A DNA stretch of 64,000 bases from a virus (lineage: Duplodnaviria > Caudoviricetes), in the IMG/VR virus record IMGVR_UViG_3300014205_000016, positions 7,882 to 71,881 of that record. One strand, given 5' to 3'. Shown here piece after piece: positions 51,689-61,772 of this stretch. Numbering within the stretch: the first letter of the stretch is position 1; each line of letters begins with the position of its first letter. The position numbers and the translations under genes are program-made. The notes under the pieces were generated by a model. The model saw only the letters and a program-made list of their open reading frames with translations, was not told the DNA's origin and did no database searches.

Positions 51689-51944
51689 ATATCGCTGTTT
51701 AGTGTTCGTTAAATCCAACCTTAGACCGGCCTCCCTTGCCAAAGTTCCCTGTCCAAAATTAAATGTGTCCGGCGCTAGTTTGCGACAGCTTATAAGTGTT
51801 CCTGCGAAAAGTTGGATCGGGTATAATTCCTGCGTTCTTGGAGGGAACTTTACGGCCGTTAGGCTTTCCATCAACCAACAGACGACGGACGCAGCCAACG
51901 TGATCCGTCATTAGGAGTTGCCAAATAGCATTGAAGGTGGCGTC

Positions 51945-52196
51945 ATGGTCGAAAAGAGAAAGAGAGTCAACAGATTCGACAGCATCATCGGGTCGATATC
52001 GCCGCAGAGCTGGGAGACTTTGATCACCCTCCTTACCAAGATTGTTGGTGAGTCGGTGAAGGACAAAGTAGCAAGGGCGGTCTTGGTTGGTATTCTGGGC
52101 GCTGCCGGTAACTACGCAGCGTCGGTCACTGATCCTCCAGCCCCTCCTCCGCCAGCCGAACGGCAAGCCCTGCAACACGACAAAGCCCCCGAGTAG
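51945..52196 (+). CDS. Hypothetical protein (possible holin or lysis-related, unproven)
   Basis: SD aaggtgg; one moderately hydrophobic helix; convergent with endolysin. Confidence 0.55.
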   Translation: MVEKRKRVNRFDSIIGSISPQSWETLITLLTKIVGESVKDKVARAVLVGILGAAGNYAASVTDPPAPPPPAERQALQHDKAPE

Positions 52197-52208
52197 GGGG
52201 CTTTTCCT
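52182..52208. terminator. Bidirectional intrinsic terminator
   Basis: aaagccccc-gagta-gggggctttt. Confidence 0.8.
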
Positions 52209-52217
52209 TGGGATGGA

Positions 52218-52877
52218 TTAAGCGTTGAGCGCGGCCACGGCATTCTTGAATCGTAGAATCCTGGTTTCTCCATCGTTCGCCGTGCATGGCGGCTTCCCGT
52301 TGATGATCTCAACCACCTTCGAAATATTACCGGCCTCTGCGTAAGGCACGCAACCCTTTCTAACAAAGTACCACACAGCGGACCTGGCAGCGGCTTCAGG
52401 CTCTGCAAGTTGATCCGGGTTTCCGATCAAGTCGAGTCCTAGTGCCTTCCCTGTGGCCAGATAGTTATCGTGGAACGTGGTCTGGAATAGGCCGCGCCCT
52501 CGGAACTTCCAGCCGTCACCGCTTTCTGCTGGCCCGTTGCCAAACCGCCCGCCATACGTCTGATTGGCAATATCCTGTGGTTTGTTGGCCAACTTGACAG
52601 CCAAAGCGTTTGGAACCTTGATCTTGGCATCAGGGTCGACCGCATAGCGATTTTTCCAAGTGCGAGCTAGGCCATTGGCGTCATAGTTGAGGTTCTCAAC
52701 CAAGCGCGTAAGACCTCCAGTCTCGATACCAGCGTTGGCCAGGAATGCCGCAAGTACGTTCGCGCTTGGGTTCGGCATTTTGAAGAACGCGAACGCGTCC
52801 ATGATCGGTTGCACCCATTGCTGAGCATTCGCCGCCTTGGCGCCTGCGCCGATCACGATGATGTCTGAGGTAAGCAT
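52218..52877 (-). CDS. Endolysin, glycoside hydrolase family 19
   Basis: AAFLANAGIETGG...ENLNY, DGWKFRGRGLFQTT, AARSAVWYF, IING; start MLTSD at 52877. Confidence 0.92.
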   Translation of the reverse strand: MLTSDIIVIGAGAKAANAQQWVQPIMDAFAFFKMPNPSANVLAAFLANAGIETGGLTRLVENLNYDANGLARTWKNRYAVDPDAKIKVPNALAVKLANKPQDIANQTYGGRFGNGPAESGDGWKFRGRGLFQTTFHDNYLATGKALGLDLIGNPDQLAEPEAAARSAVWYFVRKGCVPYAEAGNISKVVEIINGKPPCTANDGETRILRFKNAVAALNA

Positions 52878-52914
52878 TTTTAATCTCCAAATTGGCCGTC
52901 CTTGGCCGTTAAAA

Positions 52915-55515
52915 TCAACTGTACTTAATGAGTACGCAACCAACGGAGCCGTTGCCACCACCGACTGCCGGTCCGCCACCGCCACCGCCACCGCCAGGGA
53001 ACGACCCTGCGCTGCCTACGACACCAGTCCAGCCACCGCGCCCGCCACCGCCACCGCCAGGGCAGTCACCGCCATTACCGCCCATAGCGCCTGCGGTTGT
53101 GGCCCCGATCTGTTGACCTGCACCGCCACATCCACCGCTGGAGTTGACGTCGCCGCCCGACGCTTGACCGCCGGCAGCAGGAGGCCAAACAGTCCCGGTA
53201 AACCCGGATACGGCACCGCCATTCGCCACACAATAAGAGCCGAACAAGCTGGGCGTACCGGCAGAACCGCCAGCACCGCCAGCGCCACCAGATACACCAC
53301 CAGAACCGCCTGATCCAACAATCACGGAAATACCCTGGCCTGCCGTAAGGCCGGTGATGAGACGATAGGAGTGCCCGCCTGCGCCACCACCGTTGGCCCC
53401 GAGGGATGGGTGGACGCCTGAGCCACCAGCACCACCGCCCCAGACGTCCACTTCAAACACAGAGGTCGAAGTCACGTCGTTAGGTACGATGAAAGTATAA
53501 CTGCCTGCGTTTGCATAAACGGCTTTGCCAGGGGCCATGCGTTTCTGAGCGTTCACTTGGGTCAGGAGCGCGGCAACGTCGATGGTGCCTTGGTTGATAG
53601 GCACATCAAACGCTTTGATGCAATACATCCAAGCCATGTTAATAGGGCGAGTCTCAGCGCCACCAGCAGCAGCAATCGTCACCCCAACCGTGTGCGTGTG
53701 GTTGCCTGCCAGCCCGGTGTTTGGGCCGGTGTTGCCGGCGCCAACCTGGGCATTGACAACGTTACCGCCGCTGTTTACCCCTGCCAATGGCCAGACGGCG
53801 TGGGTGTGGTCGCCTGAATAGCTGACTGTCGTCGTCGCGGTGTGCGCGTGACTCTGAATGTCCTGTTGTTGGAATGATCCAAGTGTACGGCCTGCGTCTA
53901 CTCCGCGTCCATTATCGAAGCCACGGATGAATACGCCACGGCCGTTAGGGAGGCGGAACGAGTCAGATGGATCGCCGGCAGCATTGTAGTAGGTGCCGAT
54001 GGTCGCGTAAAGCGACGGCAGCATAGCAATCTTTTGCAGGGAGCCGTCACACTCCAGGAAGCCGACAGGCACCGTAGGGGTTGACACCAAGATGATGCCG
54101 CCGACCGGAACCGAACTCGCAGCCGAAGTGCCGGTGGTCCCGGTGAGAAGCCACGCGTTTTGGGCGAGGTTGTAAGTGATCTCACAGATGGAGCCTGCCT
54201 GGATGATGCCAGCAGAAATAGTCCCGCCAGAAATATCGCGAATCGGAAGAACGGCACCAGAGGCGGTACAACGGAAGGTCGGCGAGCCTGTGTTGGTCGT
54301 GGCCGCGAGGAACCGCAATACCATACCGGCGCTTGGGCCTGGAATAGGCGGAACGAACTCGGCGAAATACGCATTGGTCGTCGTTGTGCTGCCGGTGTCC
54401 GTGGAATAGGTCATCGAGCCATCTTGAGCCTGTCCTGCGACGACGAGCTGGCTAGGCACCGCAGTATACCGCCCAGACAGGAACCCGCCAGACACGGCCA
54501 TGATGAGCCAACCATTGCCAGCGTTCCAGCGAAGAGTGGCTGAGCAACCAAGTCGCAGCTCGTTGGCGGTTACACGAGCGCCGGACATGCCGAAGATGGG
54601 CGCGTTAGCGGTCAAACTTGCGTAGTTGAACGTAGCGTTTGCGAGGTTGCCCGCGCCCGCGATTATCACACGAATCTCCATGCCGTCGATCATACTCTGA
54701 GGCGGCGGCGTAGTCGTTCCGGTGTAGTTGGCGCCTCCGTTAGTCGTTGTGATCGTGGAATAGTTTTGGACGCCAGCCTGGACCTGATTGAGACTAGGCT
54801 TGAAGTTCCACAACTCCCAGGCGCCATTCAGCGATGTCCTGGTTGCCATGTTGCCCATGCGATCTGTGTACCGCTGGTGGACGTAGGAGAAGGTCTGATA
54901 GGTCCAACCGATGGCCTCCAGCAGCCCAGCGCGGGCTTGTGGCGAGCCTGGATAGATAGGCAGGTTGGCACAAGCGACGGCGACGGTATCAGACACAACT
55001 TCAAATGTACCCGTCGGAACGGAGTTGAAGTCAACACCGACATTGATAGGCGCTGCGCTGGCCCCGTTCGCGCCGCCGAGTGGCATTGGGATTCTGCCTA
55101 CTGTGGTGGCGACGGTTGGTTGGACCTCCCAACTTGCAGGGGTGTTGATTGGGTCGGATAGGTTGTTGTCGACGAGGGAGCGATAAAGCAACGCCTCCCC
55201 ACCAGCAGCGGCCCGGAGCACAAACGCGCCCTTGTCGTACCCGACCGTGTTGCCGTCGTCAGCGCCTTGCCAAGCAGTATGGCTCATCCGCTGCCAAGCC
55301 AAAGCATTCTGGGTGAGAGTTTTGAACAGATAGTTTTGGATCGGACGCTCAACGGCTTTGGCCTGCGGGTTGTTCGCGGCAAGGCTGATTTCATACGATG
55401 ACGTGTAGCCATCGGTGTAGTTCACAAAGCCAGACGGGCTGGTCTGAGGAACTTGCGAGATAGTTCCTGAATCGGCGAATGGCCGCTGCAAGAATTCTGG
55501 CTTGATTAGTGCCAT
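52915..55515 (-). CDS. Tail fibre protein
   Basis: N-terminal baseplate anchor; two tandem beta modules; tail-collar domain (VPVGGII...FLECDGS...FRLPNGRGVFIRGFD); Gly-rich C-terminal domain (VWGGGAGG). Confidence 0.9.
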   Translation of the reverse strand: MALIKPEFLQRPFADSGTISQVPQTSPSGFVNYTDGYTSSYEISLAANNPQAKAVERPIQNYLFKTLTQNALAWQRMSHTAWQGADDGNTVGYDKGAFVLRAAAGGEALLYRSLVDNNLSDPINTPASWEVQPTVATTVGRIPMPLGGANGASAAPINVGVDFNSVPTGTFEVVSDTVAVACANLPIYPGSPQARAGLLEAIGWTYQTFSYVHQRYTDRMGNMATRTSLNGAWELWNFKPSLNQVQAGVQNYSTITTTNGGANYTGTTTPPPQSMIDGMEIRVIIAGAGNLANATFNYASLTANAPIFGMSGARVTANELRLGCSATLRWNAGNGWLIMAVSGGFLSGRYTAVPSQLVVAGQAQDGSMTYSTDTGSTTTTNAYFAEFVPPIPGPSAGMVLRFLAATTNTGSPTFRCTASGAVLPIRDISGGTISAGIIQAGSICEITYNLAQNAWLLTGTTGTSAASSVPVGGIILVSTPTVPVGFLECDGSLQKIAMLPSLYATIGTYYNAAGDPSDSFRLPNGRGVFIRGFDNGRGVDAGRTLGSFQQQDIQSHAHTATTTVSYSGDHTHAVWPLAGVNSGGNVVNAQVGAGNTGPNTGLAGNHTHTVGVTIAAAGGAETRPINMAWMYCIKAFDVPINQGTIDVAALLTQVNAQKRMAPGKAVYANAGSYTFIVPNDVTSTSVFEVDVWGGGAGGSGVHPSLGANGGGAGGHSYRLITGLTAGQGISVIVGSGGSGGVSGGAGGAGGSAGTPSLFGSYCVANGGAVSGFTGTVWPPAAGGQASGGDVNSSGGCGGAGQQIGATTAGAMGGNGGDCPGGGGGGRGGWTGVVGSAGSFPGGGGGGGGPAVGGGNGSVGCVLIKYS

Positions 55516-55518
55516 TTT

Positions 55519-56205
55519 CTACTCCTGGACTGCGATTGATTGACTGCCTGCCATCGACGGCAGGACGCCGTTGGATGCATTGTTCAGAAAGTTAATCAGT
55601 TGAGAGGAAAGGCCCATATTAGGCCCGATTCGGTATTCAAGTTTGAACGCGCCAGGCACGTTTGAAACGCTACTTGGGCTTGCGGTGCAGTCGACCAGCC
55701 GCAGATATTTGCCGCCGGAAAAATCCCATGGCTGGTCATCGTTAAAAATGAATCGCAGCATATAGTTGATGTACTTCACGTTGCCATTGCAGGTCAGCGC
55801 TACATAGCGCAACTGAAGGATTTTTCTGATCTCACTTAGGCTGGTCAAAGCGGAATCGCCACCGCCATAGAAGTTACCACCGGTCAAGTTCGGGTTGGCC
55901 AGCGCAGGGTCGGTGCCGCTGTATATGAAGTTTTCGCGATTCTTCCCGTATGCCCATGCATACACTACGGCCTGCAAGTTGAGTTCCGTCGCGGGCAATC
56001 CGAGGATGATGCACCAGATCATCAGGCCGAACGGAGTGGCAGTTCTGATATCAAAAATCTGCTCCTGCCAATCAGCCCAGAACGAATCGTAGTTGGTTTT
56101 GTACCAATTCTTCTTGCCGTTTACGAACGCCTGAGTCATGGGCGCGTTATTCTGCATCCACTTCATGGCTTGCAGCATATCACCGTTGAAAGGAATCATG
56201 CTCAT
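55519..56205 (-). CDS. Baseplate wedge protein (DUF2612-like)
   Basis: DIRTATPFGLMIWCIILG; position between baseplate J and fibre. Confidence 0.8.
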   Translation of the reverse strand: MSMIPFNGDMLQAMKWMQNNAPMTQAFVNGKKNWYKTNYDSFWADWQEQIFDIRTATPFGLMIWCIILGLPATELNLQAVVYAWAYGKNRENFIYSGTDPALANPNLTGGNFYGGGDSALTSLSEIRKILQLRYVALTCNGNVKYINYMLRFIFNDDQPWDFSGGKYLRLVDCTASPSSVSNVPGAFKLEYRIGPNMGLSSQLINFLNNASNGVLPSMAGSQSIAVQE

Positions 56206-57458
56206 TCGAGGGTCACCTGCACGTTACCGAAGGCCAGTTGCGCTTGGTCAAACGCGCCCATCGCAACTTCAGATGAATAAGCACTTGGCGCGGGCGCGGC
56301 TGACCCAGCAGGCACACAAGCCACCGATACATCACGCAGATATAAGCCAGGAAGCGTGGACGAAACAGAGCCGCCAAGCTCGAACGCGGAGACGCTCGCC
56401 CCGACAACAAAGCCCGCCTCGCCTTCGACCAGTCCGTTGGCATAATTCACCATTGCGTTCTGGATGGCCTCGACCGGAGACGTACTGGAGCTGCCCTGCT
56501 TGACCTTTACCTTGACGTAAGTATCAAACAAAATTGGAGTGGTGTACTTGACGTAATAAGTGACGCCAGACAATGAATCAACAACTGCAATGCCGTCCGT
56601 GCCTCCAGCAGGAATCCCGTTGCCTGTAGTCCCGTATTCCCAAGGGCATCCGCCAGCATGGGCTGCGTAAAGCGCATTGGCAACGTCCTGGACTACCGCG
56701 CTGCCGGCCACGCAAACCCAAATAGAATTGGGCAGGGCGAACGTAACGCCTCCGTGCAGGCCGGTGGTCCCGTAGTTGTTCTCAACCACCTTAACCGATG
56801 TTACGTTGGGCACTACGCTGAGCGCGGCGATGATGGCTGGGGTGCTGCCGCTGCCAAATTGCGCGAGTCGGACGCGACGGGCGTTTTTCAGTTGAGGGTC
56901 GGTTAATGCCAAAGTGCCTGGCGTCCTTGTCGTTCCGCTGTTAACTACAGCAGAACCCCAACCGATGATCCCGTCAATAATCGTCAGTTCGCCGACTGGA
57001 AGGTCTATGTCACCATAAGCAACCGAGGCGATGTTTGCCAGCGTGAAGCCCTGGACAGGGATAGTGACGTCGGTGACGATGGCGAACACGTCACCGCTTG
57101 CCGTCTTGACCTTAGAGCCTGCTGTGACAACGGTCGTCGGGTCTCCGGTGACCAGTACGTTGGTGCCTATGGTGGAGGTGTCGGAGCCGCGCTTGATGCC
57201 GTTGAACGCGCAGACCGCATCAAGGAACGTGCCGAAAGACAAGTTCGGGTTGATCACGTTCGCCCGCTCAACTGACGACTTCATGACGTTGGATCGCGCC
57301 AGGGTCTCGGCTGTCACCAACGCACCCTGAAATGTCGCGGCACTAAGATTGATGGTCGCGCCGAACGCCAAACGGAACTCGGCCTGAACATCAGCCAAGA
57401 GGTCTGCCGTATCCGCCGCGACTTCGCCAGTGTCGATCAGGTATTTATAGCTTGTCAT
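56202..57458 (-). CDS. Baseplate J-like protein
   Basis: GTFLDAVCAFNGIKR, IIDGIIGWGSAVVN, VKVVENN, PNSIWVCVAG. Confidence 0.88.
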   Translation of the reverse strand: MTSYKYLIDTGEVAADTADLLADVQAEFRLAFGATINLSAATFQGALVTAETLARSNVMKSSVERANVINPNLSFGTFLDAVCAFNGIKRGSDTSTIGTNVLVTGDPTTVVTAGSKVKTASGDVFAIVTDVTIPVQGFTLANIASVAYGDIDLPVGELTIIDGIIGWGSAVVNSGTTRTPGTLALTDPQLKNARRVRLAQFGSGSTPAIIAALSVVPNVTSVKVVENNYGTTGLHGGVTFALPNSIWVCVAGSAVVQDVANALYAAHAGGCPWEYGTTGNGIPAGGTDGIAVVDSLSGVTYYVKYTTPILFDTYVKVKVKQGSSSTSPVEAIQNAMVNYANGLVEGEAGFVVGASVSAFELGGSVSSTLPGLYLRDVSVACVPAGSAAPAPSAYSSEVAMGAFDQAQLAFGNVQVTLE

Positions 57459-58135
57459 GGTATTGCGCCGCCTGCTGTTCGTTGGCCTGGGGAGCTACTT
57501 ATATGGCCATGGGACGTGAATGGGGTGCCAGCGACTGTAGCTTCAGTGGCTACCGTCAACGACTTCTCCATGGCAACTTCGCCTTTGAAGGTGGTCAGTG
57601 CGGTATCGACTACCAACGCAGCACCGGTGATTTTAATCTGCCCAGGCTTTATCGCGATCCTTGTGGTCCCGTCCGTCGTTTGGATTACCATCGACTCGGA
57701 GTCTTCAGCGTTGATCACGTACTGACGAAATATGTCTGGGATGAACATTCCTTGAGCAAACTTGTGAAGGGTGCCGGAGCCAGGCTTGGAGTCTGCAAGC
57801 GTCTTTTTGAATGCCGTCAGATCGCGGTCTGCCGCGTGAATCCATCCGAGGTCACCGGCTTTGATCGGGAAGTTGATCACGAATCCGCCGCCGCCGAGCG
57901 CCAGGCAGGGTATGGATGCCATTTCATTGCGTGGCACGCCGCCATCGTTGACATCAACAAACATGACTTGTGGCTTGACGGTAGCAATGTTAGTTGTTCG
58001 GTCGTATGACTTCACAATTGCCGGGAGCATATTCTCAAAGTTGATGGAGTTGGAATACAGTAAACTTTCAAGGGCAGTAACCAGCCGTTTTCTGGCTGGA
58101 CTACTTCCTGAAATTAAAGGCTTGAGGGTGGTCAT
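57455..58135 (-). CDS. Baseplate central spike (Gp138/gpV-like)
   Basis: MLPAIVKSYD, IPCLALGGGGFVINFPIKAGDLG, C-terminal FTSHGH metal motif. Confidence 0.85.
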   Translation of the reverse strand: MTTLKPLISGSSPARKRLVTALESLLYSNSINFENMLPAIVKSYDRTTNIATVKPQVMFVDVNDGGVPRNEMASIPCLALGGGGFVINFPIKAGDLGWIHAADRDLTAFKKTLADSKPGSGTLHKFAQGMFIPDIFRQYVINAEDSESMVIQTTDGTTRIAIKPGQIKITGAALVVDTALTTFKGEVAMEKSLTVATEATVAGTPFTSHGHISSSPGQRTAGGAIP

Positions 58136-58161
58136 CTAGTCGATTCCCTTGGGGATACGGG

Positions 58162-58190
58162 ATTATATCGGCTTGCGCCCTAACAGGCAA
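58162..58190 (-). promoter_or_regulatory. sigma70-like promoter for baseplate/fibre/endolysin genes
   Basis: Minus strand TTGCCT-N17-TATAAT. Confidence 0.6.
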
Positions 58191-58193
58191 AGG

Positions 58194-58712
58194 CTATCGT
58201 TTGTTCGCCATCCTTGCGGCGGCTTCGTTTGCGATTGCGTCGTTCACTCCTTTGGCGACGTTTATATCAAACAATTTGAAGGCGTCTTCAAGAGAGTAAT
58301 ATTCTTCAAGGTCTTTAAGTGAGGCTGTGCCATTCTCTTGAAGTTGGGCCACCAGAGGCTTGGAGTTTGCGCTGACGACTGTCGTAGCGCCGTCCAGGAA
58401 CCGACCAGGAACCCGCACCCCTTTCCATGAAGATAGAAAGCCAAAGTTGAACTCGCTTACAATGCCCATCAAAGCCCTCATGACCGTGAATGGAGGAAGT
58501 ATCCCTGCCAGGTCAGATACATAAGCGTTAATAGCGTATCGACTATCCAACTTGTGCCATTTTCCGTCGTACTCAGCCTCTGTAAAAAGGAATATTTCAA
58601 ACGGCGTCATGTCACCGGACGACTCCATGAGGTCGAGTCCGTATACTGCGCTGTACTGATAGGTCCGGTAGTTTACTCCGAACGCATCAAAGGTCTTAGT
58701 TAGTCTGGCCAT
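58194..58712 (-). CDS. Tail assembly chaperone-like protein
   Basis: N-half resembles 61773..62189; C-terminal ASLKDLEEYYSLEDAFKL. Confidence 0.55.
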   Translation of the reverse strand: MARLTKTFDAFGVNYRTYQYSAVYGLDLMESSGDMTPFEIFLFTEAEYDGKWHKLDSRYAINAYVSDLAGILPPFTVMRALMGIVSEFNFGFLSSWKGVRVPGRFLDGATTVVSANSKPLVAQLQENGTASLKDLEEYYSLEDAFKLFDINVAKGVNDAIANEAAARMANKR

Positions 58713-58713
58713 A

Positions 58714-59589
58714 TTAAGCAGGCGGGCTGCCGCTCCCTCTCACATAAAACGCTTTATCACGGCTGGTAATGTCATAGTCCAATTCCGTGATTACATAACT
58801 TCCGTTTATACTTGGATTCATAGCAGAAGTCAAGTTAACAGCTTGCCCAACCCTGATGCTTGGATCGAACATCGTCATGAATTCGACGCCCCATTCTGTC
58901 CAACTTGGGATGCCAACGAAAGTTTTTACTTCAGTGATTAAGTCAACGTTGATGAGGTTGGCTACGTCTTTAACGATCAACCGGCCGTCATCAACATAGG
59001 CAGCGATATCTTGGCGATAGGCGTTCTGAATGTCGATCACGAGCGCGGCCGCGATATGGGTTGAGCGCGACGGGTTGACAATGATCGATTTGTTGTATGA
59101 GGTCTTACATTCGTAGTTTGTGCCGAGGCCCATCTGGCCCGCTGCCCAGGCGACGTACTCTTCAAGCGTGGCCTGTTCCGGGGCTGGGCTGGTTACGAAC
59201 TTGGTACGGTTGATCTGGTTAGTGTACGCGGTGATCCTTACTCCGATGTTTGGAGGAGGTGAGGACAACTCAACCAACGCCACCTCGCCTTTGAACACCA
59301 GCGATGAATAATCATTCCCGTCCTGCTTATACCCGGCGACAATCGTGACCGGAATCCATTGCGGCGTGATATCCCCCTGCTCTGCCTTGCGCTTGTTCCA
59401 GGCGGTAAACTGGGACAGAAGCCCTTCACGCATCTTGGTGTCCATACCGAACACTTCAATAACAGCCTTGTTCTGGATCGCTAGCGCGGCCTTGCTGATT
59501 CTAATGTTCAGCCGCAGACCTTCCGTCAAAACAACGTCGCCTGAAGGAAGTGTGAAGGTGACTCTGATAACGCGCTCTTTCATTGCCAT
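58714..59589 (-). CDS. Baseplate hub protein
   Basis: IQNKAVIEVFGM, VTIVAGY, LVFKGEV, MFDPSIRVGQ; follows tape measure. Confidence 0.75.
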   Translation of the reverse strand: MAMKERVIRVTFTLPSGDVVLTEGLRLNIRISKAALAIQNKAVIEVFGMDTKMREGLLSQFTAWNKRKAEQGDITPQWIPVTIVAGYKQDGNDYSSLVFKGEVALVELSSPPPNIGVRITAYTNQINRTKFVTSPAPEQATLEEYVAWAAGQMGLGTNYECKTSYNKSIIVNPSRSTHIAAALVIDIQNAYRQDIAAYVDDGRLIVKDVANLINVDLITEVKTFVGIPSWTEWGVEFMTMFDPSIRVGQAVNLTSAMNPSINGSYVITELDYDITSRDKAFYVRGSGSPPA

Positions 59590-61766
59590 TAGTATTTAAT
59601 CGCCGAGTTTGCGTTATTGATAATATCGCCGAGGCTTCCGCTGATATGGTTATCGAGCATCTGACTAAGGGCTTTCGGGTCTTGGACGCCGTTCACGTTG
59701 ATGGTGATTGCGTTCTCGCCGACTGTGATGGAGCGCTCGCCGGGGCGTGCCCTCTCCTCGACACCAGGCGAGTACTGATTCAGTTGCTGAAGGCCCGTTT
59801 GCTGCTCTCTCAGCTCGTTCATGATGCGCGAGCGGGTCGACTGCGGCAACATCGGGTTCATCAATTCTTTTTCGTGGGTGTAGATCCCGTTTGCCACACC
59901 GGCCTTGAGTTGCTGAGTGGCCCAGGCAACATCACCTTTGTTTACGGCGCCTTGTTGTATTTGATCAAGCGGCACCCCGAGTCTCGCCGCGATATTCTGC
60001 TGTACCAGACGGCGCGCAATGGTCTGCTTGCCTTCGCCACCACCGCCACCCATGCCTGAGTCACCGAGCACTTTATCAGGGTAAGCCATTGTCAATGGAC
60101 CCCAAGCGCTACGGTCCAAACCGCCATGATACATCATCAAAGCCTCGCGCATGTTACCTCCAGTCCGCTTGAGGTTTTCTGCCATAAGCTTGGCGCCACC
60201 GGCGATGTTCTGTGCAGGATCAAAGGAGTTGGTGATACCAAGGACTCTCTTGTTGGCGGGCATGATCTGCATCAAACCTTCGGCGCCTGCACCGCTCTTG
60301 GCGTTCGGATTCATCTCACTCTCGACACGAGCAATACGCTTGAGTACGTCAACGGAAACCCCGTTGGCCTGTGCCTCCTTTTGGAATATCGCATCGTAGG
60401 AGGTCGCGCCGACCGCACGAGACGCAGCGCCAAGGCCCGCGCCGCCAATTGCGACTGGCGCCGATAGTCCTGCGGCCCTTCCGGCCTCGCCTGCCCAAGC
60501 TGCCCACGCCTGGCGTTCGTCGATGGCGTTTGCGAACGTTGTAACGGCACCAGAAAACATGTTGATTGCCATCTGCATGTCGGACGACGTTCTGATGCTG
60601 GTCTGGTTGTTCTTGTCCATCGCAGAAACGACGTCATCCAGCGAGGTCGCAGCGGTCCCTTTGGCATTCTTTCCAAGTACAGAAGTTGGCTGCGTCGTTG
60701 GCTCGCTGTCCGATTTTTTCTTGACCTTATCATCCTTCCTGCCGAGCAGCTTCCCTGCCCAACTACCGATCCCGTATATGGCACCGAGCGGGCCGAGCGC
60801 GCCACCAGCATATCTGGCCGCAACGTCGCTGGTGTGGATGGCGTCAACGCCTCCTTTGCCATTCGTACCGCCTACGTGTCGCAGTTTCGTCTCGTCAGGG
60901 ATCGCGTCCACAACCTTGTTGATAAGGGTGATCAACGCGGTGAAGGCAGGAATCAGCTTTTCGCCGAGGCTGCGTTCAAGTCGCGTCATCTGCTCCTCGA
61001 ATTTCGCCATTTCAGCATTGAACTTGGCCATGGATGCTTCAGCGCCTTGGCGACTCTGGACCTCGGCGGCGGTCATCTCAGTCACCTTGCCGATGGACGG
61101 CCCGATCTTCTGAAGTGTCAGGGCAAAGTCTTGGTTCATCCCGATTGCTTTGGCGACCCCTTGGACTTGATCTGGACGCATCTGGCTGAAACGGGTGGCC
61201 AGCTGGCTGAAGGCGTCATTGAAGTTGGTCTGACCTTTGCCGCGAGCCCCTACGTCTACGCCGAGCAAACGAAAGGTGCGCGCCTCGGTGCCCATGCGGG
61301 TCGGGTCGGCATAGGCTGCTTGGAGCCGTTCCGAAAGGTTCTTCACCTGTTCTTGTGTCGATTCGCGGTTGACCGTGCCGCCAGAATTCTTGACGAACTT
61401 GCGCTGGTATTCCTCCATGCGCAATCCTGATACGCCAGTCTCCATGCCAGCCAGACGCTGCGCCCCGAGTTGCGCCCTCAACTCGATTACCGATTTGACT
61501 CCGATGGCCAGCGCGGAAATTGCGACAGCAGCAATAGCGAACTCGCCACCCATCGCCCGGACTGCCACCGTCACCTTCTCGACGCCTGGAATTAGCTTGC
61601 CGACCTCATCAGTCGCCTTCTTGGAAAAGTCAACGAAACCATCAGCACCCTTTTTGGCGCCTTCGTTTACGTTCTTGACCTTCTCGTTGAGCTGCTCAAG
61701 CCTCTGCACCGCGTCCTTGAACTCGACTTGGTACTGAAGGATGAACTTGTCCATTTCAGACGACAT
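59589..61766 (-). CDS. Tape measure protein with C-terminal lytic transglycosylase
   Basis: Helical Ala-rich N-terminus; SLT motifs ARVESEMNPNAKSGAGAEGLMQIMP, ALMMYHGG. Confidence 0.9.
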   Translation of the reverse strand: MSSEMDKFILQYQVEFKDAVQRLEQLNEKVKNVNEGAKKGADGFVDFSKKATDEVGKLIPGVEKVTVAVRAMGGEFAIAAVAISALAIGVKSVIELRAQLGAQRLAGMETGVSGLRMEEYQRKFVKNSGGTVNRESTQEQVKNLSERLQAAYADPTRMGTEARTFRLLGVDVGARGKGQTNFNDAFSQLATRFSQMRPDQVQGVAKAIGMNQDFALTLQKIGPSIGKVTEMTAAEVQSRQGAEASMAKFNAEMAKFEEQMTRLERSLGEKLIPAFTALITLINKVVDAIPDETKLRHVGGTNGKGGVDAIHTSDVAARYAGGALGPLGAIYGIGSWAGKLLGRKDDKVKKKSDSEPTTQPTSVLGKNAKGTAATSLDDVVSAMDKNNQTSIRTSSDMQMAINMFSGAVTTFANAIDERQAWAAWAGEAGRAAGLSAPVAIGGAGLGAASRAVGATSYDAIFQKEAQANGVSVDVLKRIARVESEMNPNAKSGAGAEGLMQIMPANKRVLGITNSFDPAQNIAGGAKLMAENLKRTGGNMREALMMYHGGLDRSAWGPLTMAYPDKVLGDSGMGGGGGEGKQTIARRLVQQNIAARLGVPLDQIQQGAVNKGDVAWATQQLKAGVANGIYTHEKELMNPMLPQSTRSRIMNELREQQTGLQQLNQYSPGVEERARPGERSITVGENAITINVNGVQDPKALSQMLDNHISGSLGDIINNANSAIKY

Positions 61767-61772
61767 TCGTGG

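Noticed and set aside
51702-51914. 70-aa plus-strand ORF between ligase region and 51945 gene
   Set aside because: No convincing SD or protein-like features; region better explained as promoter and structured RNA
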